This document shows, one piece after another, positions 19,023 through 28,182 of a stretch of DNA of 64,000 nucleotides (its first letter is position 1; the number at the start of each line of letters is the position of its first letter). The notes beneath the pieces are model-generated. The model was not told where the DNA came from and searched no databases. It saw only the letters and a program-made list of their open reading frames with translations. The DNA is taken from positions 1,184,001 to 1,248,000 of the forward strand of contig CAXWPH010000015.1 of NCBI GenBank assembly GCA_963666055.2, read 5' to 3'. Position numbers and translations under genes: made by a program. The DNA comes from Acidobacteriota bacterium. Its GTDB lineage: Bacteria; Acidobacteriota; UBA890; WLXD01.

Positions 19023-19393
19023 TCGGGGCGCGGTTTCGTGCCGGCTTGGTGCTGCTGTTCGTGTTTGCGGTCGGTGTTCTTGCCGGGATGTTCTTCGAGC
19101 GGCACCACTTACTCTCCCTGCACGCATCGATGTCACCGGCAGACTTGCATGCGGCGGCCATGGCCGAGATGCGGGAAGCGCTGGACCTCGACGATCGCCA
19201 GGCCGAACAGATCCACGCCATCATGTCGGAGCGCCAGCAGCTCGTGGAGCACCTGTGGGGGCAGCTTCGTCCCGAAGTGCAGAGCGCTATGCGGCAGGTG
19301 CACGCCGAGATCGCCGACCTGTTACGGCCGGATCAGCTCGAGCGCTTCCACAGTTGGCTGACCGAGCGCGGCGAACAGGCTCTCCCACACTGA
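19019..19393 (+). CDS. Membrane-anchored periplasmic helical (Spy/heavy-metal-sensor-like) protein
   Basis: N-terminal TM, LDLDDRQ and LLRPDQLERF motifs; GTGA overlap. Confidence 0.6.
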   Translation: MIGARFRAGLVLLFVFAVGVLAGMFFERHHLLSLHASMSPADLHAAAMAEMREALDLDDRQAEQIHAIMSERQQLVEHLWGQLRPEVQSAMRQVHAEIADLLRPDQLERFHSWLTERGEQALPH

Positions 19394-19417
19394 TTCCCCA
19401 CCGCAGGACGACGCTCC

Positions 19418-21826
19418 ATGGAAAACTTCAAGGCGGCGATGCGGTCGCTGCGCTCCACCCCCGGACCTACGCTGGTGGTAGTGGCGACGCTGGCGATCGC
19501 CATCGGCGCCAACACCGCGATCTTCAGCGTCGTCGACGGCGTGCTGCTGCGTCCGCTCGGCTATGGCGACGATAGCCGGCTCGTAGTCGTGTGGGCAACC
19601 AGCGGATCTGGAGGATCCGACATCTTCCGCCTATCGCCGGCCGACTACCGCGACCTGCGCGATAGCGCCGAGTCCTTCGACGGTCTGGTCGCCCTATACC
19701 GTTCTATCGGTTCCACTCTTACCGGCTTCGAGCGACCGGTTCGGGTAGGCAGTTTTACCGTGACGCCGCGGCTGTTTCGCGTTCTGCAAGCAAGGCCGGC
19801 TGCGGGTCAGTTCTTCACTGATCAGGACGAAGTCCCGGGCGGCGGCAAGAAGGTGATCATCACGCACGCCTCGTGGACGCGACGCTTCGGAGCGGACCCG
19901 TTGATCGTCGGCTCCACCATCGAGGTCGACAGCGAGCCGCGCACGGTCGTCGCGGTTACCGAACCGGGCTTCCAGTTTCCGCCCGGGAACGACGATGTCG
20001 AGATGTACTTCCCGATGGGCATCGGCGACGCGATCTTGCTCGACCGCGATCACCGCATGTTCGACTCGATTGCCCGCCTTGGCGACGGTGTTGCGGTGGA
20101 TGCTGCGCAGGCCGAGCTCGATGCGATCGCGGATCAATTGGCAGGTGAGTTCCCGGACACCAACGACGGCTGGGGGCTGATGGCCCGGCCGCTGCGCGAC
20201 GAGCTGTTCGGCGATCTCACCACGACCCTGTGGGTGCTTTTCGGTGCCGTGACGCTGGTATTGCTCACCGCGTGCGCCAACATCGCCAATGTTCTGATCG
20301 CCCGCTCGACAGCGGCGGGGCGGGAGTTCGCCGTCCGTGCCGCCCTCGGGGCCCGGAGGAGCGACCTGTGCAAGCGCTCGCTGGCCGAGACACTGATCCT
20401 GGGTCTGCTCGGCGGGACGGCCGGCGTGCTGTTGGCCTTGTGGGGCATGGGGTTGCTACGCGCCGTGTTGCCGGGCGGCATACCCCGCGGCGAGTCGATC
20501 GGCGTCAACACCACCGTCCTGTTGTTTGCTGCGGTCCTGTCGCTTGGTGCGACGGTGCTGTTCGGGTCGCTGCCGGCGCTGCGAAGTATGACGCCCGACT
20601 TGAGCGAGTTACTCAAGCCAACCGGAGCGGCGGTGGGCTCGAGCGGCGGTGGGCGCCGACTGCGCGAGCTCATGGTGGTCGTCGAGATCGCTCTGGCGAT
20701 CGTTTTGCTGGTGGGCGCCGGGCTGATGTTGCGCAGCTTCACACGTCTGAGCGAGGTGGATCCTGGCTTCCGAACGGAGGGCGTGGTCTCGGTGGCGGTC
20801 AAGTTGCCGACCCTACGCTACGGCCGCACGGAATGGCGTCCGTTCTTCGAGCAGTTGGTCGAACGGGTGGAACAGTTGCCCGGCGTCAAGGCTGCGGGTG
20901 CGGCCTCGGATCTACCGATGAGCGACGTCGGGTTGGGTTTCGAGATGGAGTTCACCGTGGTTGGCCTCGACGCACTGTCGCCAACCGCCCGGCCCAATGC
21001 CGACTTCCGGCTCGTGTTACCTGGGTACTTCGATGCGATGGGCATGGAGATCGTTCGTGGCCGTGCCTTCGACAAGCTCGATCCGACCAGCGATCGCTTC
21101 GTTGCGATCATCAACCAGACCGTCGTCGAGCACTACTTTCAGAATGTCGATCCGATCGGACGATCGGTGCGCATGGCGTCGCTGGGCGAGGTCGAGGTGG
21201 TGGGTGTGGTCGCCGACATTCGCCACGCCGGCCTGCAATCCAAGTACGAGTCGGAGCTCTTCCTGCCATACGGTCGTATCGCGACGTACGAGATGCACGT
21301 CGTCGTGCAATCCGACCTCGGCACCGCGGCTGTCGCTAGCGCCGTGGGCGACGTGCTCGCCGACATGGATCCGCAGCTGGCGCCATCCCAAGTGGTGGCG
21401 ATCTCCGACCTGCTCTGGGAGTCCGTCGCCCAACCACGCTTCAACACCGCATTGATAGGCAGCCTGGCGCTCTGCGCAGCTATCCTCGCCGTGATCGGCA
21501 CCTATGGGATCGTTGCCTACGCAGTGTCCCAGCGCACGGCGGAGATCGGGATCCGCATGGCGCTGGGGGCCGATTCCACCGTGACGGTGACGATGATCGT
21601 ACGCCAGGCCCTCGGCATCGTCTTGGCAGGAGCGGGCCTCGGCGTCTTCGGTGCCTTGGGTGCGACGCGGTTCCTCGGCCGGCTCCTGTTCGATGTGCAG
21701 CCCACCGACCCGCTTACGTACGGCGTAGTGTTGGTCGCTGCCGTATTGATCGGCGTCCTGGCGGCCTGGATACCCGCCCGTCGGGCTACACGCATCGATC
21801 CGGTCGCGGCGCTGCGCGACGGGTAG
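19418..21826 (+). CDS. ADOP family duplicated ABC permease
   Basis: AIGANTAIFSVVDGVLLRPL, ACANIANVL, QRTAEIGIRMALGA, RATRIDPVAALR. Confidence 0.93.
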   Translation: MENFKAAMRSLRSTPGPTLVVVATLAIAIGANTAIFSVVDGVLLRPLGYGDDSRLVVVWATSGSGGSDIFRLSPADYRDLRDSAESFDGLVALYRSIGSTLTGFERPVRVGSFTVTPRLFRVLQARPAAGQFFTDQDEVPGGGKKVIITHASWTRRFGADPLIVGSTIEVDSEPRTVVAVTEPGFQFPPGNDDVEMYFPMGIGDAILLDRDHRMFDSIARLGDGVAVDAAQAELDAIADQLAGEFPDTNDGWGLMARPLRDELFGDLTTTLWVLFGAVTLVLLTACANIANVLIARSTAAGREFAVRAALGARRSDLCKRSLAETLILGLLGGTAGVLLALWGMGLLRAVLPGGIPRGESIGVNTTVLLFAAVLSLGATVLFGSLPALRSMTPDLSELLKPTGAAVGSSGGGRRLRELMVVVEIALAIVLLVGAGLMLRSFTRLSEVDPGFRTEGVVSVAVKLPTLRYGRTEWRPFFEQLVERVEQLPGVKAAGAASDLPMSDVGLGFEMEFTVVGLDALSPTARPNADFRLVLPGYFDAMGMEIVRGRAFDKLDPTSDRFVAIINQTVVEHYFQNVDPIGRSVRMASLGEVEVVGVVADIRHAGLQSKYESELFLPYGRIATYEMHVVVQSDLGTAAVASAVGDVLADMDPQLAPSQVVAISDLLWESVAQPRFNTALIGSLALCAAILAVIGTYGIVAYAVSQRTAEIGIRMALGADSTVTVTMIVRQALGIVLAGAGLGVFGALGATRFLGRLLFDVQPTDPLTYGVVLVAAVLIGVLAAWIPARRATRIDPVAALRDG

Positions 21827-21947
21827 CTCTCGCCCTGAGTTCAAATCCGCTCTCGGGATGATCCCCGTTGCCGGGTCCCTACCTTGTGGTTTGATAGGGC
21901 TCGCGATTTCCGCGAGATGAGCGTCTGGCACATAGGGAGCGTGTTGC

Positions 21948-23810
21948 ATGGGCATCGGCCGCAGGTTGTTCGTTCTATCGATTGCGATTCTGATCGTCTG
22001 CCTCGCAGCCCCGGGAGGAGCGGCCGGCTGGGGTCAGCGCAGCACCCAGGACTCGGACGTTGCGATTACCAAGGAACGCAGCAACATGATTCCGATGCGC
22101 GATGGCGCCGGGCTCTCGACGGATCTGTACTTTCCTGAAGGTGTTACGGAGGGGCTCTCCACCATTTTGATCCGCACGCCGTATGGCAAGGACGGCGGCA
22201 GCCGAATGGTGTCGCGGTTCGTGGAGGAAGGCTACGCGGTGGCCATCCAAGACATGCGTGGGCGGTTTGAATCGGAGGGTGTCTACAAGCCATCGACCGG
22301 TGATCGCAACGATGGTCACGACACGGTGACCTGGCTGGTGGAGCAGCCATGGTCAAACCAGAAGGTTGCGACCTATGGGTGTTCCTATCTCGGGGATGTA
22401 CAGGTCGTGCTGGCGGCAACGCAACATCCGAACCATGTTGCCGCGATGCCGATGGCCTCCACTACGGGCTACTACGCCCACGGCCGCCCCTGGGTCTCGT
22501 ACGACGGTGGGGTCTTCGAGCTTGCCCAGACAGCCGGCTGGTTCTCTGGAAGTGGGACCAAGGTCTACTACGGACCACCCGCCTGGGCAGATCGGCAGGA
22601 GTGGTTTCGCTCCGACGCAGCACAGCTCTTCCGATCTACACCCGAGCGTCGACAGACTGACCACTCACTCCTCAAGACGCTGCCGATCGTCGACATTCTG
22701 AAGAAGTCCGGGGCGCCGCCCACAGACTACGAGGACTTCGTCTCCAACAATCCGGAGGCCCCCTACTTTCACCAGCTGGATTGGGTTGGAGAGGCCGATC
22801 GGTTCGACGTCCCCGCCATCTTCTTCGACTCCTGGTATGACTACGGCGTCGCAGAGACCATGGAGCTGTTCAACCTCTTTCAGAGCAATGCGGTCAGTGA
22901 TCGGGCGCGCGACAACCAGTTCGTAATCATCGCGCCCACCACTCATTGCGGCTGGGACCGGGCGACCGAGCATACGATCATCGGTGAGCGCGACCTGGGC
23001 GACGCCCGGCGCGACTTCATGGACATATACCTGCGCTGGTACGAGCGCTGGCTCAAGGGCGTCGACAACGGCATCACCGACATGCCCAAGGTGCAGTACT
23101 ACCTGATGGGCAAGAACGAATGGCGCAGCGCCAATGAGTGGCCGCTGCCCAACACCACGTACCGTCGCTACTATCTACACAGCGACGGTCGGGCCAACAG
23201 CCGCTACGGTGATGGCACGGTGTCGTTGTCGATGCCGGGCGAAGAGCCACCCGATCGTTTCGTCTACGATCCAGCCGCCCCGGTTCCGTCGCTCGGGGGG
23301 CAGGCTTGTTGCACCGGAATGAACACCGGTGCCGGCGCGTTCGACCAGTCGGAGATCGAGATGCGCCACGACGTGCTCGTCTACACGTCGCCGGCACTCG
23401 AAAACGGCATCGAGGTAACCGGGCGGCTCGAAGTAGTGCTCTACGTCTCGTCGTCGGCCAAGGATACCGACTTCATGGCCAAGCTGGTGGACGTCTATCC
23501 GGACGGCAGGGCGTTCAACGTGCAAGAAGGCGCCCAGCGAATGCGTTACCGCGAGGGATTCGACCGGAAGGTGTGGATCGAGGAGGACGAGGTCTACGAG
23601 ATTCGCCTCGATCTGCACGCCACCGGCAACTACTTCGGCCCGGGCCATCGGATTCGCCTGGAGGTGTCGAGCTCCAGCTTTCCGCGCTTCGATCGCAACT
23701 TGAATACCGGCGGCAACAACTACGACGAGACGGAGTGGGTGGTGGCGCACCAAGCGCTGCACCATTCCGCACAATACTCGTCGCACCTGGTGTTGCCGGT
23801 AATCGAATGA
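21948..23810 (+). CDS. Secreted CocE/NonD family hydrolase (peptidase S15)
   Basis: IPMRDG, IRTPY, nucleophile elbow GCSYLG, WYD, FPRFDRNLNTG. Confidence 0.92.
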   Translation: MGIGRRLFVLSIAILIVCLAAPGGAAGWGQRSTQDSDVAITKERSNMIPMRDGAGLSTDLYFPEGVTEGLSTILIRTPYGKDGGSRMVSRFVEEGYAVAIQDMRGRFESEGVYKPSTGDRNDGHDTVTWLVEQPWSNQKVATYGCSYLGDVQVVLAATQHPNHVAAMPMASTTGYYAHGRPWVSYDGGVFELAQTAGWFSGSGTKVYYGPPAWADRQEWFRSDAAQLFRSTPERRQTDHSLLKTLPIVDILKKSGAPPTDYEDFVSNNPEAPYFHQLDWVGEADRFDVPAIFFDSWYDYGVAETMELFNLFQSNAVSDRARDNQFVIIAPTTHCGWDRATEHTIIGERDLGDARRDFMDIYLRWYERWLKGVDNGITDMPKVQYYLMGKNEWRSANEWPLPNTTYRRYYLHSDGRANSRYGDGTVSLSMPGEEPPDRFVYDPAAPVPSLGGQACCTGMNTGAGAFDQSEIEMRHDVLVYTSPALENGIEVTGRLEVVLYVSSSAKDTDFMAKLVDVYPDGRAFNVQEGAQRMRYREGFDRKVWIEEDEVYEIRLDLHATGNYFGPGHRIRLEVSSSSFPRFDRNLNTGGNNYDETEWVVAHQALHHSAQYSSHLVLPVIE

Positions 23811-25411
23811 TCGATGCTCCCCTCAGCGAGAGCTATGTCGCTGCCGACGAGAGCTCACCGGTGCTCGAGACCACCGTCGGCTCGATCCTGCGCGATGCGG
23901 CAGGGCGCGCGCCCGACAACGTGGCGCTGGTCGAGGGCGCTCCCGGCGGCGGCCGGCGCTGGACCTATGGCGAGCTGCTGCTCGACGCCGAGACCGTCGC
24001 TGGCGCGCTGACGGCGCGCTTCGAGAGGGGTGAGCGGGTGGCGGTGTGGGCACCCAACATCCCCGAGTGGGTGTTGCTCGAGTATGGGGCGGCGCTTGCC
24101 GGGGTCGTGCTGGTGACGGTCAATCCGTCCTTCCAGCCCAAGGAGCTCGAGTACGTGCTTGGCCAATCGCGGTCCTCGGGCATCTTTTACACTCCCGCCT
24201 TCCGCGGCAATCCGATGCACGAGCACTTGCAGCAGGTGGTCGGTGATCTCCCCGAGCTGCGCGAGATTATCTCGCTCGACGAGTTCGACGCTTTCTTGGC
24301 ATCGGCCGACGACGACGTCGAGCTGCCCGAGGTGCAGCCCGGTGACCCGGCGCAGATCCAGTACACCTCGGGCACCACCGGCTTCCCCAAGGGCGCCTAC
24401 CTGCACCATCGCGGCATCACCAACAACGCGCGCTTCTTCGCTGAGCGCCTGCGCATCGACCCGGGCTCCGTCTACATCAACCCGTTCCCGCTTTTTCACA
24501 CCGCCGGCTGCGTGCTCGCGGTGCTCGGTTCCTGCCAGGCGCACGCCAAGCTGGTCAACATGATGCAATTCGAGCCCGGCCTGATGCTGGAACTTGCCGA
24601 GACCGAGCGTGCCACCCACCTACTGGGCGTGCCGACGGTGTTGATCGCCTTGATGGAGCACCCGAGCTTTTCCGAGGTCGACCTGTCGACCGTGCGCACC
24701 GTGTGTTCGGGCGGTGCGACGGTGCCGGCCGATCTGGTGCGGCGCATCGAGAGCACGCTGGGCGTCGACCTCTCGATCATCTACGGCCAGACTGAAACCT
24801 CACCCGGTGTGACCCTGATGCGCCTCGACGACAGCAACGAAGACAAGGCCAGCACCCTCGGCCCGGTATTGCCGCAAACCGAGATCAAGGTCATCGACCC
24901 GGAGACCGGCAAGACCCAGCCAATCGGCGTTCAGGGCGAGCTCTGCGTACGCGGATATCTGGTGATGCTGGGCTACTTCGAGATGCCGGAGATGACCGCT
25001 GAAACGATCGACGACGAAGGGTGGCTGCGCACCGGCGACCTGGTGTCGATGGACGAGCGCGGATACACCACGATCACCGGACGGCTCAAGGACATGATCA
25101 TCCGTGGCGGCGAGAACATCTATCCCCGCGAGATCGAAGAGCTGTTGTTCGAGCACCCCAAGGTCGCAGACGCGGTGGTGGTCGGTCTGCCCGATGCCAA
25201 GTGGGGCGAGGTCGTCGGCGCCTTCGTGCGCGATGCCGATCCGAGCGACCCGGCGACCGACGCCGAGCTCCACAGTTATTGCCGCGACCATCTGTCGCCG
25301 CAGAAGACGCCTTCGGTGTGGGTGCGGGTCGAGGAGTTTCCGTTGACCCCGTCGGGCAAGATCAAGAAGTTCGTGCTGCGCGAGCAGTGGGAGCGGGGCA
25401 GCGCCGACTGA
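23807..25411 (+). CDS. AMP-dependent acyl-CoA synthetase
   Basis: YTSGTTGFPKG, YGQTE, WLRTGD, GRLKDMIIRGGENI, TPSGKIKK; ATGA overlap with the CocE gene. Confidence 0.93.
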   Translation: MIDAPLSESYVAADESSPVLETTVGSILRDAAGRAPDNVALVEGAPGGGRRWTYGELLLDAETVAGALTARFERGERVAVWAPNIPEWVLLEYGAALAGVVLVTVNPSFQPKELEYVLGQSRSSGIFYTPAFRGNPMHEHLQQVVGDLPELREIISLDEFDAFLASADDDVELPEVQPGDPAQIQYTSGTTGFPKGAYLHHRGITNNARFFAERLRIDPGSVYINPFPLFHTAGCVLAVLGSCQAHAKLVNMMQFEPGLMLELAETERATHLLGVPTVLIALMEHPSFSEVDLSTVRTVCSGGATVPADLVRRIESTLGVDLSIIYGQTETSPGVTLMRLDDSNEDKASTLGPVLPQTEIKVIDPETGKTQPIGVQGELCVRGYLVMLGYFEMPEMTAETIDDEGWLRTGDLVSMDERGYTTITGRLKDMIIRGGENIYPREIEELLFEHPKVADAVVVGLPDAKWGEVVGAFVRDADPSDPATDAELHSYCRDHLSPQKTPSVWVRVEEFPLTPSGKIKKFVLREQWERGSAD

Positions 25412-25419
25412 GCGGGGAG

Positions 25420-25436
25420 CCCCCCCCCCCCCCCCC
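25420..25436. repeat. Poly-C homopolymer (C17)
   Basis: 17 consecutive C residues between the acyl-CoA synthetase and the metal-uptake operon. Confidence 0.85.
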
Positions 25437-25522
25437 GCCCCCGCCGGACTTCCGCCTTCCGCCTTCCTCCGCCCGCCGCGCCGTGCTCCGGCGTCGCCCG
25501 GGTGACATGATCGGTCTCACTC

Positions 25523-27034
25523 ATGCGGAGCTTCGTTCTACCCACCTTGGGAGTCGATCGGATGATGTATTGCGTATGGAATCGGACATCTCGTCGGCGG
25601 CGCAATTCAGCACCGGGCGTGTGCCGCGCGTACCGGCGCGGTCGAGCTCGCCGGCGCGGCTTAGTGGTAGCCGGGGTCGCGGCGGTCGTCTGGCTCGGTC
25701 CGCAGACGGCGCACGCCGAGCAGCAGCCAACCACCCTCGCACAGCAGCAAAGTGATGCCGAGCGTATCGCCGCGCTCGAGGCGCGTGTGGCCGCCTTGGA
25801 GCGGTCGCTGCGGCAGACGAACGAGCGGTTCGGAACCCGGCTCGAGGAGCTGGAGCAGCGCCTGATGGCACCGCAAGAGGTGCAGCTTGATGCGGCCGGC
25901 CAGGCGGCCGCGCCGACACTGGAGAACGCCGAGCGCGACGTCTTCCAGGACGAGCTGGCGCGCGCCCTGGCCGCCTTGGAAGACCAGCCGGAGCAGGCAG
26001 CCACGCCTGCGTCGGCACCTGCGGCCGACGATCGGCAGTTCACCGATCGGGCGCGCAACATGCGCGAGCTCAACCCCGAGATCTCCGTCTCGGGCGATGT
26101 GTTCGGCACCTGGGCGGATCGGTCGGGCGACCCGACGGTGAACCGCTTTACACTCGGTGAGTTCGAGGTGGCGTTTCAGGCGCCGCTCGATCCATTCTCG
26201 CAAGCGCGCGCCTTCCTCGTCGAGGAGGACGGCAAGGTCGGTGCCGAGGAGCTCTATATCGACTGGACCACACTCCCCGGTGGGCTGGGAGTCAAGTTCG
26301 GCAGGTTCCGCAATGACTTCGGCAAGTTGAACCGTTGGCACAACCACGCCCTGCCGCAGGTCGACCGGCCGCTGGCGCATCGGGCGTTCCTGGGCGAGGG
26401 AGGGCTGGCGGGCCTCGGGGTCTCGCTGTCGTGGTTGCCGCCAACCTTCCTGGGCGATTACAACGAGCTGTGGGTTCAGGTCACCAACGACGACAACGAC
26501 GTTGCGTTCTCCGGACGGGGGTTCGACACCCCGGTGATCACGCTGCACGAAACCAACTACTGGGACCTGTCGCCATCGACCTACTTCGAGCTCGGCCTGT
26601 CGGCGGCGACCGGCGTCAACGATGCCGACGGCCGGTTCCGCAGCTGGCTGCTGGGCGCCGACGTCAACCTCGGCTGGTCGCCACCCGCTGAAGCCCGGTA
26701 CAAGGGGCTCGAGTTGCGCGGCGAAGTTCTATACGAGCGCCGGGAGATGCCCGATGGAACCCGCGGCAGCTGGGGCGGGTACCTGTATGCCACTCGGAAG
26801 CTCGGACCGCGTTGGAGCATTGGCCTACGGGGTGACTTCACCGAGCTGCCCGACCAGCCTGGCGAGAGCGTCTGGGGCCTCAGCCCGTATGCCGAGTGGT
26901 GGCAGAGCGAGTGGGCGAAGCTCCGTTTCCAGTATTCTTATGGTTCGCGTCGTCTCGAGGAGGATGAGCGCGACAACCGCTTCTCGATCCAGGTGATCTG
27001 GGCTCTCGGGCCACACAAGCACGAGAAATACTGA
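25523..27034 (+). CDS. Outer-membrane beta-barrel/porin-like protein associated with metal uptake (true start probably downstream)
   Basis: Signal peptide ending AHA, short coiled coil, LNPEISVSGD, FGKLNRWHNH, His-rich C-terminus GPHKHEKY. Confidence 0.7.
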   Translation: MRSFVLPTLGVDRMMYCVWNRTSRRRRNSAPGVCRAYRRGRARRRGLVVAGVAAVVWLGPQTAHAEQQPTTLAQQQSDAERIAALEARVAALERSLRQTNERFGTRLEELEQRLMAPQEVQLDAAGQAAAPTLENAERDVFQDELARALAALEDQPEQAATPASAPAADDRQFTDRARNMRELNPEISVSGDVFGTWADRSGDPTVNRFTLGEFEVAFQAPLDPFSQARAFLVEEDGKVGAEELYIDWTTLPGGLGVKFGRFRNDFGKLNRWHNHALPQVDRPLAHRAFLGEGGLAGLGVSLSWLPPTFLGDYNELWVQVTNDDNDVAFSGRGFDTPVITLHETNYWDLSPSTYFELGLSAATGVNDADGRFRSWLLGADVNLGWSPPAEARYKGLELRGEVLYERREMPDGTRGSWGGYLYATRKLGPRWSIGLRGDFTELPDQPGESVWGLSPYAEWWQSEWAKLRFQYSYGSRRLEEDERDNRFSIQVIWALGPHKHEKY

Positions 27035-28128
27035 TGTACCGACAACATCGAATCGCCGCTGCGGCACTTGTCGCGACGGCCCTTATCGTTGCAAGCGGGC
27101 TCGGCATTGCCGACGCAGCGCAGCTCAGCATCGCCGATGCAGCCCAGCAAGGGCTCCAGGTCGTCGCTACGCTACCGGCGTACGAGGCCATCGCCCGCCA
27201 CCTGCTGGCAGACGACGCCGAGATCGGGTCGATCGCCAGCGCCCATCAGGACGCCCACTTCGTGCAGCCGAAGCCGAGCTATTCGATCCGAATCGGCCGC
27301 GCCGACCTGCTGATCGCCACCGGGCTCGACCTGGAGCTCTGGCTGGCTCCGGTGGTCGACAAATCGCGCAATCGGCGGGTGCGGTCGGGTGAGCCAGGCT
27401 TCGTGGCGGTGGCCACCGGTGTGCCGATGCTCGACGTGCCCGACAACCCGAGCCGGGCAGGCGGCGATATCCATATCTACGGAAACCCGCATGTTCACGC
27501 CGATCCGCTGCGCTCTGTGATGCTTGCCGACAACATCCGCGTTGGCTTGCAACGCGTCGATTCGGGCAACGCCGGCCTGTACCAGCAACGCTTCGACGCC
27601 TACAAGGAGCTCGTCTATCGTCGACTCTTCGGTGCCGAGCTCGTCGGCCTGGTTGGCGGCGACAAGCTCGCACGGCTCGAGATGGCCCACCGGCTGTTGC
27701 CGTTCCTCGAGTCGACCTCCCTCGGCGGCGCTCCGCTTGTGGACCGCCTGGGTGGCTGGATGGCCGAAGCCTCGTGCCTGCGAGGCAAACGGCTGGTTGC
27801 GTACCATCCGAACTGGGTCTACTTGATGGACCGGTTCGGAATCGACATCGCCGCGTACGTCGAGCGCCGCCCCGGGATCCCACCGTCGGCGGCGCACGTC
27901 GCCGAGCTCGTGGACCTGATCCGACGCGAGAAGATCCGGGTCCTGTGGGTCGCGGACTATTTCGGTCGCCGAGTGCCCGAGCTGATCGGAGAGCGCACCG
28001 GCGCCATACCGCTGACTGTGCCGCTGTATCCAGACCCCGGCGCTACCGACGGGCCTCGCGACATTCTCGATCTGTACGATGAGTGGATCGGCGCGCTGCG
28101 TGGCGCGTTCCCGGACTGCGCCGGGTAA
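27034..28128 (+). CDS. Metal (Zn/Mn) ABC transporter substrate-binding protein (ZnuA/TroA family)
   Basis: DAHFVQPKPS, GLDLELW, GDIHIYGNPHVH, YHPNW, PGIPPS. Confidence 0.88.
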   Translation: MYRQHRIAAAALVATALIVASGLGIADAAQLSIADAAQQGLQVVATLPAYEAIARHLLADDAEIGSIASAHQDAHFVQPKPSYSIRIGRADLLIATGLDLELWLAPVVDKSRNRRVRSGEPGFVAVATGVPMLDVPDNPSRAGGDIHIYGNPHVHADPLRSVMLADNIRVGLQRVDSGNAGLYQQRFDAYKELVYRRLFGAELVGLVGGDKLARLEMAHRLLPFLESTSLGGAPLVDRLGGWMAEASCLRGKRLVAYHPNWVYLMDRFGIDIAAYVERRPGIPPSAAHVAELVDLIRREKIRVLWVADYFGRRVPELIGERTGAIPLTVPLYPDPGATDGPRDILDLYDEWIGALRGAFPDCAG

Positions 28129-28182
28129 GGCATCGGGCCCGCCGGGCCGCGGACAGAACAGAGCATCGATACTCGGAGGTAG

